From the NCBI GenBank assembly GCA_021498095.1, contig JAIZWK010000001.1, forward strand, positions 3,690,001 to 3,722,000: 32,000 nt of DNA. The letters are read 5' to 3'. A program made the translations under genes and the position numbers. A model generated the notes under the pieces. The model made no database searches, was not told where the DNA came from, and saw only the letters and a list, made by a program, of their open reading frames with translations. This DNA comes from Candidatus Harpocratesius repetitus. GTDB taxonomy: Archaea > Asgardarchaeota > Lokiarchaeia > Sigyniarchaeales > Promethearchaeaceae. This document shows positions 25,914 to 32,000 of this stretch, one piece after another. Position 1 is the first letter of the stretch, and each line of letters starts with the position of its first letter.

Positions 25914-27684
25914 TCACTCAATATATAACCAATTACTTGATAAGATTAGTTATTCTAATGATATTAATATATTAAACAAGTATTTTAATCAAGAATATGG
26001 ATTCATTTCTTTTTTTTCAAGTTCAAAAAAAGTTCAAGATTTCAAAACATTTTTAAAAAAAAATCTTGATAATCAAAAGAGTATAGAGTTTGATTACCAA
26101 GATTTAGGTGATTTTCAGACACCATTTGAATTTTCAGTTGATGTGTGTAATTTTCTTTCTAAAATAACTGAAAAATCCGAAGTATTGATTGAACCAACTT
26201 GTGGAAAAGGAAATTTTGTTTTAGCAGCTCTTAAAACAATTCCATCGATTAAATATATATATTGTGTTGAAATTCAATCAAAATATGAGTGGATTTTCAA
26301 AATAAGGTTAATACTTTTTTTAAAAACTTACAGAAAAAGAGTACAAATCGAGTTTCATAATGAAAATATTTTCACTCATGAGTTTTCTCCTAAATTCCTT
26401 GATATGATGAAGGAAAAAGATTGTATTATATTAGGTAACCCCCCATGGGTGACTAATACCGAATTAGAAAATCTTGGTTCTAAAAATTTACCAAAAAAAT
26501 CGAATTTTAAAAAATTCAAAGGAATCGATTCAATTACAGGAAAAAGTAATTTTGATATTGCTGAATATATTATTTATCATCTTATTTCTAAATTTGATAA
26601 ATATAATGGATATATTTGTATGTTATGTAAAAATATCGTTATCAGAAATATAATTAAAGAAAATCCTAAACTATATTTAAATATTGGAGAAATTACACAA
26701 TTAAATTTCGATTCAAAAAAAATATTTAATATTAATGCAAATGCTTCAGTTTTTATTGCCAAATTGAATAGTCCTCCTGAATATACCTGTGTTTCCACTA
26801 ATTTCCATAACTCTTCCCATCGTTGTGAACTCGGTTGGTATCATAAAAAATTCGTTTCAGATATTGCAAAATATAAAGAAACAGAAAAATTCGATGGTAA
26901 TTTTTCTTATGAGTGGCGTCAAGGGATAAAGCATGATTTGTCAAGAATAATGGTTCTTAAAAAACACGACGATAAAGGAGAATATATTAACGGTAATAAA
27001 GAAAAAATCGCTTTAGAAGAAGATTTAATTTTTCCCTATTTAAAATCTTCAGATTTAAAGAAAATGATTGTGAATAAATCAAGATTTTTTACAATAATTA
27101 CTCAAAAAAAAGTAGGAGAAGATACAAAATATATCAAAGAGAAATTTCCTAAGACATGGAATTATTTGAATCAAAATGTTGAATTATTTAGAAGGAGAAA
27201 ATCTTCGATATATCGAAATAAACCAGATTTTTCGATTTTTGGTATTGGAAAATATTCTTTTGCAAAATTTAAGATAGGTGTTTCTGGCCTATACAAAAAG
27301 TTAAATTTCGCCTTAATATATCCTATTGGAAATAAACCAGTTATGCTTGATGATACTTGCTATTTGGTACCATTTGGAAAGAAAAAAGATGCTATAATTA
27401 CTTGGACTTATCTAAATTGTAAGGAAGTATCTCAATTCATGGAATCAATTACTTTTCAAGATACAAAAAGACCGTATACGAAAGATGTTTTAATGAGAAT
27501 AGATCTACATTCAATTGTAAAGAATATTGAATTATCAAAAATTTTAGATTTCTATAAAAAAGAATTATTTAATTTGACAAATTATGAACTTAAATTAGAA
27601 GATTTTAAGACTTATAGAAAAAATTTAGATCCTTCTAATGTAATTGAAGTTGATAAAGATAAGAAAAAATTTAGATCCTTCTAA
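25900..27684 (+). CDS. N6-adenine DNA methyltransferase (gamma class, type II R-M) with C-terminal target-recognition region
   Basis: GDFQTP, motif I IEPTCGKGNF, motif IV GNPPW. Confidence 0.9.
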   Translation: MIINNHSIYNQLLDKISYSNDINILNKYFNQEYGFISFFSSSKKVQDFKTFLKKNLDNQKSIEFDYQDLGDFQTPFEFSVDVCNFLSKITEKSEVLIEPTCGKGNFVLAALKTIPSIKYIYCVEIQSKYEWIFKIRLILFLKTYRKRVQIEFHNENIFTHEFSPKFLDMMKEKDCIILGNPPWVTNTELENLGSKNLPKKSNFKKFKGIDSITGKSNFDIAEYIIYHLISKFDKYNGYICMLCKNIVIRNIIKENPKLYLNIGEITQLNFDSKKIFNINANASVFIAKLNSPPEYTCVSTNFHNSSHRCELGWYHKKFVSDIAKYKETEKFDGNFSYEWRQGIKHDLSRIMVLKKHDDKGEYINGNKEKIALEEDLIFPYLKSSDLKKMIVNKSRFFTIITQKKVGEDTKYIKEKFPKTWNYLNQNVELFRRRKSSIYRNKPDFSIFGIGKYSFAKFKIGVSGLYKKLNFALIYPIGNKPVMLDDTCYLVPFGKKKDAIITWTYLNCKEVSQFMESITFQDTKRPYTKDVLMRIDLHSIVKNIELSKILDFYKKELFNLTNYELKLEDFKTYRKNLDPSNVIEVDKDKKKFRSF

Positions 27685-27696
27685 TGTAATTGAAGT
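27616..27696. repeat. Perfect 35-bp direct repeat (agaaaaaatttagatccttctaatgtaattgaagt) x2, 11-bp spacer, spanning the MTase stop
   Basis: Copies at 27616-27650 and 27662-27696; period 46 nt. Confidence 0.9.
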
Positions 27697-27841
27697 CAGA
27701 ACAATGTATATTTCTTTTTCATCATTTTTACTAAGAAATAACGTAATTATATTTTAACGGGATCGGAAAATACTATATTATTATATCATTAGTGATTATA
27801 ATGCATTCCCAGCAAAACTAATCAAAATAGAGGGTTTTATA

Positions 27842-29014
27842 ATGAATAATGAAAAATATGCTCAAATATCATTGGAAGATTTACGACAATTTGAATATGA
27901 CTGTTTTAGAGGAATGGGAATACCTGAAGACGATGCACAAATTTGTGCAGATGTTTTACATGAAGCAGATCGTCGCGGGATAGATTCTCATGGTGTTGGA
28001 AGATTATTCATGTACTATGCGAGAGTTCGAAGAGGACAACAAACACCTGAAACTCGTATTACAATTGAACGAGATAGTGGTGCCATTGCTCGATTAAATG
28101 CACATAATGGTATGGGTCAACCCGTATCTCATAAAGCAATGCAAATGGCAATTGATAAGGCCAAAAAATATGGAATCGGTATGGTTACTGTTGGTGAATC
28201 TAATCATTATGGAATTGCAGGTTATTATTCTTTAATGGCATCCAAACAAGGATGTATTGGGATAAATGGAACAAATGCCCGCCCTTCTATCGCACCGACT
28301 TGGAGTGTCGAACCGATGTTGGGAACCAATCCACTAACAATTGCTTTCCCCACTGATTATGCACCAACTGGAGGACATTGGTTTGCAGATCATGCAACAT
28401 CAATCACACAGCGTGGGAAAATTGAGTGGTATGCACGCTTACATAAACCAGCAGTAAAAGGATGGGTAATAAATTCAAAAGGAGAAAACCCTATAGACAC
28501 AGAACAAATTCTTAAAGATATGTTGGAAAAAAAGGCAGCACTTACCCCATTAGGAGGATCTGGAGAAGATTTGGGAGGATATAAAGGATATAATTATGCA
28601 TTATTTGTTGAAGTTATGTCAGCAGCTCTTTCATCTGCTAATTTCTTGCAGAAATGCTTAGGATTTCGAATAGAAGGAGATAAAAAGGTTTTTGAACCAT
28701 ATAGATTGGGACATTTCTTTATTGCTATTGATATTGAACATTTTGAAGATTTAGAGACATTCAAACATACAACAGGAGATATCCTACGTGCATGTGCAAA
28801 TGCAAAACTTCAACCTGGTGCAGATCACATTTTTGTTGCTGGGGAAAAAGAATATAAAACTGAAATAGAACGGATTAAAACAGGAGTCCCTCTTTCAGAA
28901 GCCACTCAACTCCAACTTCTACAGATGGTCGATGAAATGCATCTCGATTCAAGTAAATATAATATAGATTGGACAGTAGAATATAGAGGTAGTGTAGATT
29001 CTCAAGGATGGTAA
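27842..29014 (+). CDS. Ldh_2-family (malate/L-lactate/sulfolactate) dehydrogenase
   Basis: RGIDSHG, SNHYGIAGYY, GTNPLTIAFP, GGYKGY and GHFFIAID. Confidence 0.9.
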   Translation: MNNEKYAQISLEDLRQFEYDCFRGMGIPEDDAQICADVLHEADRRGIDSHGVGRLFMYYARVRRGQQTPETRITIERDSGAIARLNAHNGMGQPVSHKAMQMAIDKAKKYGIGMVTVGESNHYGIAGYYSLMASKQGCIGINGTNARPSIAPTWSVEPMLGTNPLTIAFPTDYAPTGGHWFADHATSITQRGKIEWYARLHKPAVKGWVINSKGENPIDTEQILKDMLEKKAALTPLGGSGEDLGGYKGYNYALFVEVMSAALSSANFLQKCLGFRIEGDKKVFEPYRLGHFFIAIDIEHFEDLETFKHTTGDILRACANAKLQPGADHIFVAGEKEYKTEIERIKTGVPLSEATQLQLLQMVDEMHLDSSKYNIDWTVEYRGSVDSQGW

Positions 29015-29320
29015 AAAAAATTTTTTGAAATATTTCCAATATTTTTTCTATAATTTTCCAGAACAGACGAATTAAATCTTTTCTCATACTTCTTCTTCCA
29101 TCGACTTCACTATGGAACATAGGGGATTTCTTTATAATTAATTCCAAGCAATCTTTTTTCCCGTGCTCTCTATCAGAATTGGTGAGAAAAAAGTGAAATT
29201 TTCTAGCCTAAAAATATATATGCATGAATTACCATGTAGTAGTACACAACAAATTGCTCCTTTCATGGTGCAGTCTTAAAAAAAAATACATGAAATGGAT
29301 GAAAGAGGGGTTTAAAATTT

Positions 29321-30004
29321 ATGGAAATGCTTGAAATTCAACCATCAAAAAAACTTATAGACGTTCATCAAGGAGATTTAGAAAAAGATATTATACCTGA
29401 ACAAAGGGATTTTCCTTATAAAGTAATTAATATTGTTGTTCTGGCAAAAATGAAATTTGAAAATGAAGAAACCAAAATTGATTTCGATGAACTTCAAAAA
29501 AATATTGAAGCCAAACGACTTAATCGATTTCCTTGTGTTCTCTTTAAAATTGATAATATATCAATTATTTTATTCAAAAATGGGAAGGCAATTATTACTG
29601 GATTAAAAAAGCACGAAGAAATCGATCGAATTGCCAAAAAAATGGAAAATCTACTTCGAAATCAAGGTAAATTAAATTTTATCAGTTTATCTACAGAAAT
29701 TCAAAACTTAGTTATAATGTCAAGATTAGGCAAAATTGTTAACTTAGAATTAGCTTGCATTACTTTAACAAACTGTCTTTATGAACCAGAACAGTTTCCT
29801 GCTGCAATTGTTAAGCCACCGTTAGGTGGAACATTTCTAATTTTCTCTAATAGTAAAATAATTGGATTAGGTATGCGTTCAATGGAAATGGTGCAAAAGT
29901 CATTAAAATATTTAATTTCAGAAATTTTTGAGAATGATCTTTTTATAAATGTTAATTTTGATGATACATTAGAAGATTCACTCGATGATGAATTCTTTTT
30001 TTAA
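29321..30004 (+). CDS. tbp: TATA-box-binding protein (divergent, acidic C-terminal tail)
   Basis: Two TBP repeats: INIVV..RFP..ILFKNGK.IITG and QNLV..YEPEQFP..LIFSNSK. Confidence 0.85.
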   Translation: MEMLEIQPSKKLIDVHQGDLEKDIIPEQRDFPYKVINIVVLAKMKFENEETKIDFDELQKNIEAKRLNRFPCVLFKIDNISIILFKNGKAIITGLKKHEEIDRIAKKMENLLRNQGKLNFISLSTEIQNLVIMSRLGKIVNLELACITLTNCLYEPEQFPAAIVKPPLGGTFLIFSNSKIIGLGMRSMEMVQKSLKYLISEIFENDLFINVNFDDTLEDSLDDEFFF

Positions 30005-30025
30005 TTCCTTCATTGTGATGTATAT

Positions 30026-30454
30026 ATGAAGAATGATTTTGAAAAATTAAAGCAACGTATTGAAGAACTTCAATCTAATATTGAAGATTTTTTATTCTTT
30101 ATTTGTCAAATTAATGTTATCACTCGAGAATCAATAATTTTACGTGAATATCGAAAGAATATTGAATTAAATTCACCTTGGGTCACAGAAATAGAGTTTG
30201 TTTCTGATTTTATTATGGAAAATGAATTTGATCTTAACCATCAAAAAGATTCTCATCTTCTTCATAAGAAATTTCTTGAAAGAATTAAAAAAAAACCTGA
30301 AGAAAAAGCAGAACTTATTCAAGAATTTCTTTTATCGTTTCCAGAAATAAGTCCTGCTGATGGAAATGTACTCTTAAATTTTCTCAAAGATCTTCCAATT
30401 GAAGAATTATCTGATGAATTTAAAAAAATATGCGATCTTTTTAATAAAAAATAG
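30026..30454 (+). CDS. Hypothetical helical acidic protein
   Basis: 142-aa ORF 21 nt downstream of tbp, with plausible codon usage; no motif recognised. Confidence 0.6.
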   Translation: MKNDFEKLKQRIEELQSNIEDFLFFICQINVITRESIILREYRKNIELNSPWVTEIEFVSDFIMENEFDLNHQKDSHLLHKKFLERIKKKPEEKAELIQEFLLSFPEISPADGNVLLNFLKDLPIEELSDEFKKICDLFNKK

Positions 30455-30899
30455 AATTTTAAGAGGTTCTAGCAACTTTTTTATTTTTGATTGAATTACC
30501 ATTTTTATCTTTCATTTTCCGACAATAATCAATTCTATCCAAGAATTATTTCAGTCGGCAAAAATGAACTTTAGAAAATGTAATTATGGGTCGATTTTTG
30601 ACTATTTTTAATCAAATTTTAGTAGAATTTGATAAAAAAAGTTCTAAATTTCTGTTCGACAAATTTCAAATTTGGATGGAATATTGGTAAATGCGTAAAT
30701 TATGCAAGATTTTTATTTTTTTATTAATCTATCAAATGTTGATAAAAGCTCTTAAAAAAAAGAAGAAAGATAAAATTAATTTGAAAATATAAAAAAGGTG
30801 AAATCAAACAGATCCAAATTATTTTATATTCTGTGTCGTATTTTAGATTAAGAACTGGGAATCACACGAAAATTAAGGAGCATAGGATTTGATATAAAA

Positions 30900-32000
30900 A
30901 TGGATTTTAACACATCATTGGAAAGAATGTACCAACTTTATTTAAAGATCGATCAAATGAAAAAAGTATCTCCTGGTTTTGGTGATTTTTATATAAAATA
31001 TCCGACTAAGTCGGGATTTGGCTTTTTATATATAATTCTAAGCCCACCAAATCGAAGGTATAAAGGAAAAAAAAAGGATGTTGACAAATTATTAAATAAA
31101 AGTGCCAAATCTAACAGAGTCATTGCTCCGAAAGATATTGATGAAATAATAAGATATTTATATCAAAACTTTCCAAAGATTATAAAATCTCGAAACGAAA
31201 TCCTTTCAAAAATTGAAGAAATAATTGCAGGTCTAAGATTAGAATTACATGTTTTCCATAATTTAAGGTTTCAATTTAAGGATCCAACAAAATCTGAAAT
31301 TATTGTATTTGAAAATTCTAATAACGGAGAATTTCATGCATATATCAATTTAGTTGGTATGGAAGAAAAAGGTTTAATCTTAGCTTATGAGCGCCAAATC
31401 AATTATATTCGAGAAAATTTAAAGAAAGGAATTCATCCTTTAAAACTAAAATCTCTCCCCCCATTACGTACAGGTGAAACTGATGTAGATTTTTCCAAAT
31501 CAAAATCATCTTCAAAAGCAACAAGAGAAAAACCGAAAGAAAGTGATTTAGTTCAAAAATTTAGAGAAAAAATAAAGCAAAAAAAAATTCAAGGTGAAGT
31601 TGATGAAGAACTTGCCTTTGAAACTGTAATTGATTTTAGTAATAAAGGAAGAGCGGCAATATCATTTAAAAATGAAGCAGAGATAGACAATACAAGCCAA
31701 ATTTCAGATGAAATTGCATCAAGTGATGTTATACAGAATGCTGAAACAAAAATGCTCAAAGATGCAATTAATGATGAAACTAAAATGGTAGGAAATACCA
31801 AATATTCCAATGATCAAACCGTTTCGAACCAGAATATGCATTTAAATGCAACAACACCCTCGAATATACCAATACCAACAAAACCATCACAGCCAAATCT
31901 TAGCCCAATACCTGAAAATGCCATACCAATTATTGATTCACCCCCATTTATTAATATTCCAAAACCTGCCCCACTTTCAAGAGAATCCGTAATATCAATA
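30900..32000 (+). CDS. Hypothetical protein, 3'-partial (367 codons visible; not in ORF track)
   Basis: Manual reading from ATG 30900 (MDFNTSLERMYQLYLKIDQMKKVSPGFG...) is open to the window end; in-frame TAA at 30849. Globular N-terminus, then a low-complexity Pro-rich region. Confidence 0.85.
   Translation, partial: MDFNTSLERMYQLYLKIDQMKKVSPGFGDFYIKYPTKSGFGFLYIILSPPNRRYKGKKKDVDKLLNKSAKSNRVIAPKDIDEIIRYLYQNFPKIIKSRNEILSKIEEIIAGLRLELHVFHNLRFQFKDPTKSEIIVFENSNNGEFHAYINLVGMEEKGLILAYERQINYIRENLKKGIHPLKLKSLPPLRTGETDVDFSKSKSSSKATREKPKESDLVQKFREKIKQKKIQGEVDEELAFETVIDFSNKGRAAISFKNEAEIDNTSQISDEIASSDVIQNAETKMLKDAINDETKMVGNTKYSNDQTVSNQNMHLNATTPSNIPIPTKPSQPNLSPIPENAIPIIDSPPFINIPKPAPLSRESVISI

Noticed and set aside
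20216-26798. Nested ORFs 20216..20617, 22447..22734, 23577..23804, 24343..24642 and 26577..26798
   Set aside because: Antisense to conserved enzymes.
27616-27696. 35-bp repeats as a mini CRISPR array
   Set aside because: Only two copies, an 11-nt spacer, located inside a CDS end, and no cas genes in the window.
28875-29147. 90-aa minus-strand ORF with an amphipathic-looking stretch
   Set aside because: Overlaps the Ldh2 3' end by 140 nt, and the rest comes from an A/T-tract region; no SD or motif.
29150-29290. Weak hairpin or tRNA-like sequence upstream of tbp
   Set aside because: Short imperfect stem only; no cloverleaf or T-loop consensus.
30455-30899. 445-nt AT-rich intergenic region as ncRNA or replication origin
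   Set aside because: No convincing hairpin, ORB-like repeat or adjacent cdc6/orc gene seen by eye; a covariance-model search would be needed.
31589-31810. 73-aa minus-strand ORF
   Set aside because: Antisense shadow of the long open + strand frame from 30900.

Overview
AT-rich archaeal chromosomal window, almost certainly from an Asgard archaeon (Lokiarchaeia-like). This is inferred from the joint presence of a gelsolin-domain protein, a roadblock protein, a Rab-like small GTPase, a longin-like protein, a TBP and a type II methionine aminopeptidase. Housekeeping and metabolic genes include hutI, the 5' end of fhs (absent from the ORF track), map, nnr, a GDPD, a glpA-type three-gene operon, malic enzyme and an Ldh2-family dehydrogenase. 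There is also a decayed type II restriction-modification unit (truncated endonuclease, intact m6A methyltransferase) and a long ORF running off the right edge (also absent from the track). The most interesting signal is a set of proteins resembling parts of the eukaryotic Rag/Ragulator/GATOR1/FLCN machinery: (1) a 769-aa protein with three Cdc48-N-like barrels plus a VWA domain and no ATPase (DEPDC5/Sea1-like architecture), encoded directly downstream of a roadblock gene and a gelsolin gene; (2) a stand-alone longin-like protein with a 'GP...ARG' signature that would preserve the FLCN/SMCR8 arginine finger; (3) a roadblock-like/Rab-like GTPase fusion with a non-canonical G3 box. All family calls come from motif reading without database searches. 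I recognised no rRNA, tRNA, CRISPR array or transposase.
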